From NCBI GenBank assembly GCA_044892525.1, contig CM097888.1:88660001-88724000 (forward strand): DNA of 64,000 nt. The letters are read 5' to 3'. The position numbers and the translations under genes were made by a program. The notes under the pieces were generated by a model. That model searched no databases, was not told the DNA's origin, and saw only the letters and a list, made by a program, of their open reading frames with translations. Positions 14,744-28,700 of this stretch are shown here, one piece after another; the stretch's first letter is position 1; every line of letters begins with the position of its first letter. The DNA is from Schmidtea polychroa. Lineage: Eukaryota.

Positions 14744-17700
14744 TTTATAATAATAATAATAATAATAACTTTTATTTTATAACTATTTTGTTAGGCTATT
14801 TAAATTAAATTTAAATTAATTTTTTTTTAAATATCTCATATAATGTTTTTTATAGTTTACATTTTTAAAATTTTGAATTCTTACAAATTATTATAATAGT
14901 TTAGTTGTTAAATAATATCTACAGAAACAAATAATAATACAACTTATTTTATTTATTATATTGTTCTTATATTCAAACAAGACTCAAAACAATTAAGTTT
15001 TATTTTCAATATCGCAATTTAATCGTTGAATTGCCAATAATTACAAACTGGGCTTGATTTTACATTTTATTACACTTGGTAATTATTATTTGAAATGTAA
15101 TTTTTTACAATCTTTCACGATATATTTCGATATAATTTATCTTTTAAATTAATTATGGTAGAAGAGATTGTTGATAAATTTATTAAAAACCCTAAGGATC
15201 CATGTTTGAGAAAATCTGGGTGTGATTTTGTTGGTGTGTGTGTGTGAGTTTGATGAGTTAAATAAATTAAATAGGGTGTGTAAGAATGATGAGCCTTTTT
15301 ATTGGTATTGCCAAACTCAGAAGTTTTTAAGGATTATAAAGGGAAGATAAGAAGGCCGTTAGCCAATTTTTACTATAGGATTGTGTCAAATTCATGGAAA
15401 GTAAGCAATATGTATTCTGACCTCTTTTATCAGTTTACATGTAATGGGTGTAATGCCACAAACATTGGAAAGACTTCCCGTCATCTCTGCATTCAAGCTC
15501 GAGAACATGACAGACCGAAGACATTGATCAATATTAGTGAGCACAAAAAGGACTGTAGGATTATGTCTGACAGCGATAAATTTGACTAGAGTAAATCAAC
15601 ATTAATCAAATCACCATATTCCAAAATTTTCAATCTGAATATAAACAAAATAAATTCAAAATACTTTTCCACATTTCCGTAAGAAATATTGATTTTTAAT
15701 CAATTAATTAATTAATTAATTAATTTTTTTAAATTAATTTTCCAATTAAATTTGATTTTTGAATTTGAATTTTGAATTGTATTTATACAAATTTTTTAAA
15801 TAAATTTATATCAATTAAATTATTAAATAAATATTAATAGAAATGTTTTTTTGGTTTAATTTGAGAAAATAATTAAAATTGAAAAATTTCAAGAAAAATA
15901 AAATTTTTATTTGCAATTAATATTTTTTTAAAAATTTTTTTATCTGATTTTCAATAATTTCTATTCAGGAATTCGCCGGCTCAGTAACCAAGGTAATTTA
16001 ATAATTATCTTTTTATTCTGGGAAAATAAATTGAATGGCGCATTAATCATTGGGAATCAATCTGAGCACTGTGCTAAGATTTCCATGGAATTGATTGGGC
16101 GCAATTCCAAATTAACTTATTGATTTATGGAACAAAACGAAAGGGAAATCCTAAAATTCTGCATTATCTCTGACACTTTCAAGGCTTTGTATTGACAGTT
16201 GTTTTAATTGATCTTTTCTCCAATTCACAGATTAATCAGGAGCAAATTCCTCAAATATGAATTAAAAATAAATCGTTTTTTCCCATTGAAAATATGGAGA
16301 ATTTAATTTTTTATAAAGGTCATTTTGGATGAATCTAATTGGTGGAAATTTCCTTATATATCTCAGTTTTGATTGGGTAAATTAATTTGTAAATTAATAA
16401 ATTCATTTAATTAGTTTAGAGCGCAATTATGCTTCCAGAATTGTTTGACTTACCAAAATTGTAATGAGGGTCAATTCACACATTTTTATAAACTAGATTT
16501 TTATGACATTTATAGTGTGAGGTTGACTAGAATTAGGGGTAAATAGGAAGGAGGTTTATGCTTTTATAACTTTAAATAAAGAATTTTTTTGTAATATTCA
16601 ATGCAATTTCTTATGGCAGGTTAATTTCAAGCTTATTAGGGTCTCATTTGCACCATGTAAGTAACTCGATCCTCTTTGGCCTGAATCCAGTAACTGTGTG
16701 ACCAGTGATTACATTTATATAAATATATTTAATGTTTTACAAACTAGACGTTATTATCAACTGTTATTATCATTATAACACTAATTAAAACAACATCACT
16801 TTTTAATAGTAGTTCTTAACCTTTTTATGGTCACGACCCACCAAATAACCATAAATTCTTTTGCGGGCATCAGGCTTTTATTAATTATATTTTTTATAAA
16901 ATATCGATTTACTAATAACCTTTTGGAGTCTGACTTATTTTCCGTTTACTTGTGTTATATCTGAGGTCAGATTTTATGTATGTAGGGTACGCCATCCTTA
17001 CGCTAAGGACCGGGACATATGTACCCCATTAGAAAAATGAGATCCATTTGTACTATTATTCCCACATAATACATGGGTAGGACAAATGTGTTCCGATAGA
17101 CTCCAAAGGGTTAAAGAAATGTAAAACATGAAAAAGTATTCCAAATTAGAGTGATTTTGGATGCTGAATACCTTCAAATAATTTATTTATTTAAGTAAAA
17201 AAATATTTTTATCTAGAACATTTAGGGGGATTCGGATCTGAAATTCTTTACCTAAGAAAACAATTATATTGGATTGGTTATATATGATTTTGTCATACAA
17301 TTTTGCGATCCCCTGCTAAAAAATTGCTTATCAAACATCAACCATAAAAACACGGATTTCGAAACTCTATATTTCACTCTCTTAATTTAATCTCTTTAAT
17401 CCGAAGTTAATGAATAGATCAGAATTTATATTGAAATAAGGAATAACATTAGATTTGATATTTCAATATTTTTTAAATTAACCCACTTTCCGTGATTGGA
17501 TCGATCTGAAATTTTGAAAGCATGTAGTGTTCTCGACAACAAATCAACTTGCTAAAGTAGGTTAATTTGGCCTGACAAATTTCGCGTGGCACATAAAAAC
17601 ATACAAACATCAGCGAAGTTAATATAGAGAGAGTAAAGATATAGTAGGTTTTCTGAAGGTTTTCTAAAATCTTTCCGCTTTAGAAAGTTTAGTCATATTA

Positions 17701-19664
17701 ATGCCATTGGATTTTTTTGATCATAAGTCTCGATATCTAGATTGCCCCTATGTTCCATTGGGTTGATTCAACGAAAACTATATTAAAATTGTGCAGATTT
17801 AATAATTTTTGGAACAATATCAAGGCTGACTGAATAGGAAAATAATTGAAACAATTTAATGGAAAATTTAACGTGTAAGTTTGTTTCACTTCGAAAGGTG
17901 TCCATATGATTTACGTCGGTCCAAACATTCAAAATCGAAAGAAAAAGGGATAATGAAAATATTCATTCCCGAAGAATCAAAAATGATATGGGAAAATTAT
18001 TAAATTTTATCCGTAATTTTTACCTCCTTTCACATTTCCAATTAATCCTTAATTGCATGATTTTTTTTATTTATTTTGAATAAAATAAAATAATGTTCCT
18101 TTGACTGAATATATTATTATAAAAATAATTTAAAAAATCTAATGTAAAATGAACTAAATCCGTTAAACAGCTTTGTAGCTCACAAGCAACACTATGAAAT
18201 GGTTAATTCTTATTTATTCTAGGCCAACCGGTGGCCCGGAGACAATTTTAAACATCAAATCAATAATTGTCTTTTTTAGAATTCATATTCGAATTAAGCA
18301 TGTTTTTAATTTAAAAAATTGATTCTAAGTTTACTTGAATCGTAAAAACGAGTTATATTTATTTAAATGAATTTATTGTGGCCCGTGATAGTATTTTCCC
18401 GAAAATTTGGCCCTTCGATTGATTTTGATTGGTCACCACTGGTCTAGGCGATCTAAACGTGAAATTCTGCTATGTTGCGAATTTGCTGCACAATGCAATT
18501 GACAAATACTCGTAATTTCGATGATTATATCATAAATTTTATTTCGTGGTAAAAAGGAAATATAAATTAATAAAATATATTTTAAGTGTTATATAATAAT
18601 ATTTTAAAAATAAGTTGGACTAAAAAGATAAAATAATATTTTAATAAAATATGCTATAAAAGAAAAAATAATTTTCATTAGTACATTTAGGCTCAATTAA
18701 AAACCGGTGAGACAAGTAAATATTGAATAAATATATATATATAAAATGTACTACTCACTATTTGCTCACTAATTTTATCATGCCTTATTGCTGATATTAG
18801 GCGCATTTAGGGGAGGAATATATTTTATTATTTGTATATTATTATATTGCTTAAAGAATATTATAAACATGGGGGATAGAAGGGTATTTTGTCTCACAAA
18901 TATTTGTGAACTTTTGTTAATATTAAAACAAATGCTTTCACATCTTTTCGGATATTTTAAAAATATTTTCAGATATTATTATTTTATTTTTATCAACCTG
19001 AAAGGCAAAGAAAATGGCAAATTAATATTATCATCAAATTTGACAAAGAATAATTATTATTGTAATTATTATATAATTTATACATTAAAATGTTTACAAT
19101 TTTTTATGAAAAAATATTCTGTTAAAATTATCAAAAGAAGACTTGTGCTGCTAGAATTGGCTTTTTCTCAGAAAATTTGTCATGACAACAGCTTCAAAAC
19201 TATGAGAGTTTTCATGTAATGTTTTTGGCTTAAAATTACACTTGAATATTCGATAAAATATAATGGGACACTTGAATTCCAGGAAATTTTTCATTCACTT
19301 TCCCTTGTAAATTTCATTGAACAAGTTGTAACACGAGATNNNNNNNNNNNNNNNNNNNNNNNNNNNNNNNNNNNNNNNNNNNNNNNNNNNNNNNNNNNNN
19401 NNNNNNNNNNNNNNNNNNNNNNNNNNNNNNNNNNNNNNNNNNNNNNNNNNNNNNNNNNNNNNNNNNNNNNNNNNNNNNNNNNNNNNNNNNNNNNNNNNNN
19501 NNNNNNNNNNNNNNNNNNNNNNNNNNNNNNNNNNNNNNNNNNNNNNNNNNNNNNNNNNNNNNNNNNNNNNNNNNNNNNNNNNNNNNNNNNNNNNCATTTC
19601 TTACTCATTTTTACCATTTCTAATTTATTGTTATTATGAGACAATGATTATGCTTATTATTTAT

Positions 19665-19739
<75 letters not shown>

Positions 19740-22700
19740 ATTATAGAATATACATCTGTGAATACAGTTGAAGCCCTTCCATTAGGTGAAGAATTTCAAT
19801 CACTTGTACAGACATTTCTCAAAATGGATGAAATTGAGCCGAATAAAAGATTTGCAAAATTAATAAATATAATTCGACATTTAAAGTGAATGAAAGTTAT
19901 TATTATCTGATTATTAATATATAATTTGTAGAATGCCACTACCGAGGATGGCGGCCAAGGCTGGATTCGTTACACAGAAAATTGTCAAGGATCAAGATTC
20001 ATTGAATATTATTTGTTTCAGAATTTTGCGTGCTGTACTGCAAAATGAAATTAAACGTCTTCCTGAAGATTGGCCTGAATATATCAACAATCCGGCCATT
20101 GAAGGGTAATTTTTTCCTATTTATTATAGGTCGTTAATTGGGTGGTTACATTAGCATTACTTTACACCCTTTATTCATAGCAGATTATCAACATAAATCC
20201 AAAATAAACAACAAACCATTAAAGGGTTTCGTAAAATAAAGATTTCCTTTATATAAGGAAGGGGTACAATCAGTGGTGAGCTATAGGAGGCTCGCGGGGG
20301 CTCTCGCGAGCCCATTTGTTAGATTATTCTATGATTTGCGAGCCCCTTCTTTATGTCAGTCGCAATGACATTTTACTAGGGGTGACACATTACTAGGGTA
20401 CTAGTTCATACAATTCTCGAGGAAAGAAAAGAGCGAGCCCTTGTTAAAAATTTTATAGCTCACCTCTTGGTAGAATACTTCAGAATTCAAAGAGGTCTGT
20501 GAAATTATCTTTGTTTTGGTACGATATCTTAAATATACTTAAAACTTTCTATCTAGGCAACTGCAGTACATACGCAACATTCAATCGGCGTTTTGTGATT
20601 TCAATTTATTCGAATCCGTTCTGCATCATGCGTCAAGGGTGAAATCTCCAGTGACAGTCGAGCTGTTTGCCTTTCTCAAAGTGTTATTTTTCAATGCGTC
20701 AACGTACGTGCAAGTAAGATTCAATGCAAATACTTTTTCATTTATGTTATTTACTAATTAATATTAAGGAATACATTTATAATTTCTTTATCGTTTCCGT
20801 CACAGAGACCTTTTTCTTTGCCATTAAAGAATTTCTTGCCATTTTCGAAGAAGATATGAAAAAATTGTATATGAAATGCCATTTTCTACATCTATTTAAA
20901 ATGTTTCTATTCTTAGACGGCGAAATATTAATGCAAAAGTAAAGGAAAGAATAAAGGAAGAAACCCAATTTCGAGTTCGTCGAAAAACATTGACAAATAT
21001 GGTAAAAGAAATTTTTGTTTAAATGAATTATTTTTAACTTTGTTTTAATTCTAGAATTTAACCGTATATTACGAGTGTAGAGATTATTTTGCAGAAATTG
21101 ATAAAATTAAAAAGGTTTTTTTTTAAATTTTGAATTTAAAACTTAAAAGGTTTCCACCAGAACGTGCTGGACAATGTGACCCCTTTGAAATTTCAATCCA
21201 TTATTGAAAATGGGTTCGGTATATTATTAATGCAAGTCCTTCAAAGTTTGTGTGAAGGTCAATTTTTAAAATTACAGGTAAGTCGAAGGTGACCAGTTGA
21301 TTTATTTCTTGAAATACAAAAAAAATGTATTATTAAAATTTGATTAAAAAATGAAAAAGTATTAGTTTAAATATTATAATAATAAATAAAATATATTTCA
21401 AAGGTACAAAATATAAGGAACATCTGAGTGAACAAATAAAGACATTTCTAGAATCATTTTGGTAATACTCCAAAAAAACTGTAAATTCTCACATTATTTT
21501 AACCTCCTAATTGGTTTATTTCGTCAAACGAAATGCGCACCTCAGCGGCGANNNNNNNNNNNNNNNNNNNNNNNNNNNNNNNNNNNNNNNNNNNNNNNNN
21601 NNNNNNNNNNNNNNNNNNNNNNNNNNNNNNNNNNNNNNNNNNNNNNNNNNNNNNNNNNNNNNNNNNNNNNNNNNNNNNNNNNNNNNNNNNNNNNNNNNNN
21701 NNNNNNNNNNNNNNNNNNNNNNNNNNTACAAATAATAAAATAATATCTTATTGGATGATATTTATTAAGATAATATGTTAACAAAAGTAATATTTATTAT
21801 ATATTTTTATTCGTCTTATGCGTTTGGTAATGCATATGTTGATGACGTATATATCCGTCATAACCAATTAAGAGGTTAATTAATTAAATTGAATAACACA
21901 AAATGACACAAAAATTTGGAACTAGTTGGATAATTCTTCGTTGAGAAAAATTTTCTGTTTATAAGATTTTTTATTTTAATCTAAATATATAATTCTCTAT
22001 GTAAATATGTGAATGAGTGATTATGGAGTTAACGCTTAATTAAAATCACCAAATGGTAAATTTTATTATTACTTTTAATTTTGATCGACAACATAGCATT
22101 TTTATTTTAATGTTATCTGAAAATCGATTTTCCTCTATCGAATGATGCATAATTTGTACAATTTGGACTGTTAGTTCTTTTTTAACTGTTATCTGGTATA
22201 TAATAATTCGTCATTTATGACACGCTATGCTTGTATTACATAAACCGCATCCCATGAAATCACTTGATAAATACAAATCCGAATAAAAAATTGTCAGAAT
22301 AAAAATAACTAGTTAAAAAATAGTCAACATTTGTGAAAGGATAGTGAAGAAAATGACATTNNNNNNNNNNNNNNNNNNNNNNNNNNNNNNNNNNNNNNNN
22401 NNNNNNNNNNNNNNNNNNNNNNNNNNNNNNNNNNNNNNNNNNNNNNNNNNNNNNNNNNNNNNNNNNNNNNNNNNNNNNNNNNNNNNNNNNNNNNNNNNNN
22501 NNNNNNNNNTTATTGGATTTAAAGATGATTTAAACAGTAAATAAAATTAAAATTAAAAACAAAAAAAATTGAGATTTTCTTTTAACACTTGAAAATATTT
22601 GTTATAATATAATATACTTGTAGGATTATATGAGAGTCCAGGAAGACAATCCGAAATCATTTAATTTAGTGTTTAGAACATGTACAGTGGTGAACACGAT

Positions 22701-25700
22701 TTATGCTAACATTAATTCTAATACGATCGGAATCCTGACCCAAATCCTCGGAGCTCTTAATCAAATGGCCATAGTAAGTGAGATCAGCATGTAATATTAA
22801 GTTACTCCGGTTCAGGGCAACCAGGAGAATCGGATCACTCTCGTCAACGGGAAAATAATTGATTATATAAATTTCATTTTACGAACAAATGAATTTAACG
22901 GAGCGAGACCTGATCAAGTGTTGGATCTGCGTGACATGGTGGCAAACCTTATAATTACATTAATAGAGGAAGACGCCCCAACTGCTCACGAACTAGCAAA
23001 GGTAAGAAAAATATTATTTTCCAAATATTTACTAATTATTTATTAAAGGAAATAATGATAACTGTTGATAAGAAAGCTATTTTCAATATAATTCTACAGT
23101 ATTATCAATTTTCAAAGGNNNNNNNNNNNNNNNNNNNNNNNNNNNNNNNNNNNNNNNNNNNNNNNNNNNNNNNNNNNNNNNNNNNNNNNNNNNNNNNNNN
23201 NNNNNNNNNNNNNNNNNNNNNNNNNNNNNNNNNNNNNNNNNNNNNNNNNNNNNNNNNNNNNNNNNNNNNNNNNNNNNNNNNNNNNNNNNNNNNNNNNNNN
23301 NNNNNNNNNNNNNNNNNNNNNNNNNNNNNNNNNNNNNNNNNNNNNNNNNNNNNNNNNNNNNNNNNNNNNNNNNNNNNNNNNNNNNNNNNNNNNNNNNNNN
23401 NNNNNNNNNNNNNNNNNNNNNNNNNNNNNNNNNNNNNNNNNNNNNNNNNNNNNNNNNNNNNNNNNNNNNNNNNNNNNNNNNNNNNNNNNNNNNNNNNNNN
23501 NNNNNNNNNNNNNNNNNNNNNNNNNNNNNNNNNNNNNNNNNNNNNNNNNNNNNNNNNNNNNNNNNNNNNNNNNNNNNNNNNNNNNNNNNNNNNNNNNNNN
23601 NNNNNNNNNNNNNNNNNNNNNNNNNNNNNNNNNNNNNNNNNAATTTTCGAAATCTAGAAAGATGCTCTTCCTAACCTTAACGAATTGACAACATTTTCAA
23701 AGAAATCGGAAGAGAAAACTGGAATATTAATTTCAATGAAGCGTGCTATTCTGAATTTACCAGCTCTGAAAGCTTCACAGTTGAAAAAGATGTCCACAAT
23801 CAAAGAAAGAATTTACGACATAGGATATAAATATTGTTCAATTTTAATGAGATTTGAAGATATTGACCCTAAACTTATTCCATCAATTGCTGAAGAGGAT
23901 GTCACTACTCAACACAAGGCGGCTTATAAAGGTTTAAAGAAAGGAGGAACGTCCATAGAAATTATCAAAGATGATTGTGTTCAACGAGTGCATTTCCGAA
24001 TCAAAAATAGAGTAAATTTCGGTTATATTTTCTAATTTTTTAAAGGTATTTATCAAATTAGAAAGTGATTAGAGAAGATTTAGTTGAAAAAATCAAATGG
24101 GACGTGGATAGAACGTCAAGTGCGTCAAAGGTCCGAGATTTCACACTATGGGCGGATTCTGTAATAATGGATTTAGAAAAGTCGAAGAAATCTAATCCAG
24201 TGAAAATCTTTATGATCCAATCATGGTAAATAATTTTACTTTTTACAATATAAAAAATAATTTCAATGACCTTTAACATTTAATATTCATTAGTGACCTA
24301 GAACTGTTTGCATTAATATCTATCAAATGTATAACTGAGGAATTGATCTGATTCTTGCATTCCAGATCAACTAATTTCTTTTCACATTTCATTTATTTTC
24401 ATTATGACCATAGATAAAGATTCTTTCTCCTATTCAGCACAAACCTTTTATTTTACACACAGGAAAATTTAATTGAAAATTAATGAAATGAATATACAAA
24501 TTTATACAAAAGAAATTTATAAATTTTTTATAAGATAAGTGATCAGCACATACAAACACACACACAGTAATGTTACAGTGCTCGATGCATACAAACACAC
24601 ATACATACAGTAATGTCACAGTTCTCTGTGCATACATACACACTATTGTATGCCATGTGACAATTTATCAACAATTAAATGGAAGTGACTGTCATGCGTC
24701 CGACCCACAAATTGTCTGCTTATAATAGATTCAATTTAAGAAAAGTATTTTCAAAGAACTATTTCAAAAGTGTCTATGAAGTTTTATATTATTCATCTTT
24801 TTTGTTTAATAATGTGCATTATTATTTCCATTCAATAATAACTCGAATAAAGCCTCTTTCGATTTTAAAGAAATATTTTGATAAAAATCAAACAATACCT
24901 TTCTGTACAATTACGACTTCGTTATCAGAGAAATAGGAAACGTTTTCATTCTAATTGTGAATTCATTGTTAGAAGGCTGCTGGCAATGAATGGGATATAA
25001 TTATTTTCTGGCAATTTGACACGTAATATGTTGTGAATAAGAGCTTTTCTGCAAGAGGTAATTGCATGAACAGTTTTAATGGGAAATATAGAATAATAAT
25101 AAAATATAAAGATTAATTTCAACTTTAACAAACATTTAAAATCTGATATTTTTTCATTCAATTGTTAGTTTTTTTATCTCTTCAAATCTTTACTTTCAAT
25201 AGAAATTTTTCAAATTCTTTTTTACATAAAATGCATTTTGTTTTGTAAGATATGGAATAAAATAATGTGAAAATGCCATAAGGTTATTAATCCATTACCT
25301 CCCACTGTACTCACATTGGCACACTTGTTAAAGGCGTGATTTCATGTTTTTTTATAATGATTATCCTGGAATTAGTGACACATTTCAACAATAGATATCT
25401 CACTACTTTATTCATGTGTATTTTATTATATAGATGAGACTGCTAGACCTATTAGATTACGTGTAGTTTTCTTTTGGGCGTTAATGGGTTAATTGGACAT
25501 TGTCCACCTAATCTTTCATTTTAATCTTTCCAAATGAAATTTTATTTGTTTTTGCTTTTCTTGTTGGATTCTCATCAAAAAATATATTACCATTTGACAT
25601 CTATGTTAAACTTTATTTTCAATCAACCTTATCCTGGAATATCTTGAATAAAATTGTAAAGAATATTTTTTCCACAATTTGATTCTTTATTAAACTTCCG

Positions 25701-28700
25701 AATAGATTATGAACAAGTTCTTGCGTATCAGTCAGATTGATTTTGTCTTTTGGAAGTGGACATGTGAGTCTCGAAGATCTTGATGGAACCGGTATCTCAC
25801 CCAACCAATATCTTTCTTTTCGTTTATCTAAATTTCTTGAAATGTTTTAATAATAAATTATGTATTGAGGAATCATTTAAAGGTATAAGTAGAATAAATT
25901 GGTAACTGTTTTCTGCAGTTTCTATTAAAATAAAGTTTTCAACTTATAAATGGTCTGGACCACTCGAGGTGGTCATAAAATGGGTATTATTTAGTTTCGT
26001 AGCTCATAAAGTTTAAGACTCATTAGTGGGAGGCAGACCAATGTTTTGTGGGTCATGTGGAACTTTGATAATTAACTTGCACTAGGAAAAGCAAGGAATA
26101 AACTTTTAACATTTAAATAAAAATTACTAATTCTGTTTAATTACTTAATAATAGTTTTTATATATATTCCATACAAACGAAGGAATTAGTGCAGTAAATA
26201 ATGTTAAAAAATTTTATTTTTAATTATGTTTCGTAAAATAGCCCGAGGCGTATTTATTAGGCTTGGCAAATGAATGCTTTAAGCACAATTAAAAGTCGTT
26301 TTGCCATTTGTTGATTGTTAACTTAATGTTATATTAATTTAGTAATAAATGTCTTTNNNNNNNNNNNNNNNNNNNNNNNNNNNNNNNNNNNNNNNNNNNN
26401 NNNNNNNNNNNNNNNNNNNNNNNNNNNNNNNNNNNNNNNNNNNNNNNNNNNNNNNNNNNNNNNNNNNNNNNNNNNNNNNNNNNNNNNNNNNNNNNNNNNN
26501 NNNNNNNNNNNNNNNNNNNNNNNNNNNNNNNNNNNNNNNNNNNNNNNNNNNNNNNNNNNNNNNNNNNNNNNNNNNNNNNNNNNNNNNNNNNNNNNNNNNN
26601 NNNNNNNNNNNNNNNNNNNNNNNNNNNNNNNNNNNNNNNNNNNNNNNNNNNNNNNNNNNNNNNNNNNNNNNNNNNNNNNNNNNNNNNNNNNNNNNNNNNN
26701 NNNNNNNNNNNNNNNNNNNNNNNNNNNNNNNNNNNNNNNNNNNNNNNNNNNNNNNNNNNNNNNNNNNNNNNNNNNNNNNNNNNNNNNNNNNNNNNNNNNN
26801 NNNNNNNNNNNNTCCTGTAGGGAACCGGGAACAATTAATATTGCATTTTACATTTTTTAGCAAACTTTAAATAATGTTATTTTTCTTTTCCTTATTGTGT
26901 TTTAACCTTGAAAATAATAAATAAAAATCTGATATTAAAAACGAAATAGGAATATTTTAAAATAATAAAGCGCGGTTGAAAAATTTTTAAAAATTGTAAT
27001 ATTATTAAATTAATTTGAATAAATTTAAACAAATAAATTAAAAATTTTAATAATATAATTGTGATGAATTTAGGAAAAGATTTCCTCATTTAAGCATTTT
27101 GATAAACCTTTTATCCCTTATCTTTATTTAAATAGATTAATCTTTCTTTTGCAAATGTAGATTTCCCATTTGTTGATAGAAGTCGAATTAATAAATAAAA
27201 TATAAAACATAAAGAGAATATTTTATTAATGAACTTTAATAAAAGGATTCAGAAGATTAGAAAGGGAAAATATCAGTGAAACCAGAGAATTGCACGGATC
27301 CCTAAATGCAGCTTGAAAAAGTTAAAAATTGTCCCGGGATTTGATGTTGTTGTGAGGATTTGATTAATTACCATATAAATTCTAAGGGGAAATTTACGGA
27401 CAAAAGACAACAGCTGAATTAGAGCAAAGTTGAATGAGTTCTGATTTCTACAGATTTTATATATAAGAGCTTTATGCAATTTATATTTATTTTCTTAGAT
27501 GTTCATATAAATAATTTCTACAATTAATACATTTTCCCTACACATTTTCATGCCCATCTCAATGACCATATGAATAATAACCGAAAATATTAATAAATTT
27601 AGTGCAAAAATAAATGTTTTTCTATAATTTCTATTTACAAATATTTGTTTATTCAATTGTTTATTTAGGTATTTGTGGAATTATTTACCGATTCTGTTGA
27701 GTTTGGTGTTGAATATAATGATGCTATTATCATTCAAGAGTAAAGGATCACTAATTAATGATTCTTTCTCAACAAATCTCACTAAGTAAATANNNNNNNN
27801 NNNNNNNNNNNNNNNNNNNNNNNNNNNNNNNNNNNNNNNNNNNNNNNNNNNNNNNNNNNNNNNNNNNNNNNNNNNNNNNNNNNNNNNNNNNNNNNNNNNN
27901 NNNNNNNNNNNNNNNNNNNNNNNNNNNNNNNNNNNNNNNNNNNNNNNNNNNNNNNNNNNNNNNNNNNNNNNNNNNNNNNNNNNNNNNNNNNNNNNNNNNN
28001 NNNNNNNNNNNNNNNNNNNNNNNNNNNNNNNNNAATCAAATAATTAGCATAAATAAATGAATTTCGTGAGAATTCTCATTTTTTGCCAAACAGTAAATGA
28101 AAATGAATAAAAATATATCCTTTCTCCCGAAGATCAAAATCATTTGGAAATCTTGATATGATTCGATGTTTCTAATTGAGTCAAGCCGAGCTAGATTTTA
28201 TCTGTAATATTTTGTTGAGTGTCCAAATGTGAGAAATAATTACAAAAATTATTTTTGGAAATTTAATAAATCACTATGATGCTGCAGTAAAACAAATTTG
28301 TAATTTAATATTCTATTTAATTAAAACAATTCCCGAAGTTATTAGGCTACTCAGATTGTTTACTTTTAATTGTATTTGTTTTAATCGTGTATTTCTAGAG
28401 AAATCATTTCGAACTATTTCAAGTTTCCTCATCGAGGGAATCATATGTTTGATTGTGCAGGCTTGGAAATTGGAACGGTCATAAAGTGTAAAATGTAAAA
28501 CTTATAGACATTTTGATGCCCTTCATAAATGATTCTTTGCAACATTGCAATATTTCCTTGTCAAACAGAAAGAAACAGGATGAAATTTAATTGAAATTAT
28601 CTCCTTAAGTGACATTCATTCAATTATTCTGTCCCCTCTGATTTGGTTTATATGAAACTGCTTAGGAAAGTCTCAGCTCCAATTGTCTAATTCAGTAACT

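Noticed and set aside
25619-25975. Helitron helicase-like (25619-25804 -) and integrase-like KWSGP (about 25950) remnants; LINE-like KKAEKRIDML at about 29550
   Set aside because: Too short and degenerate to support without a profile search.
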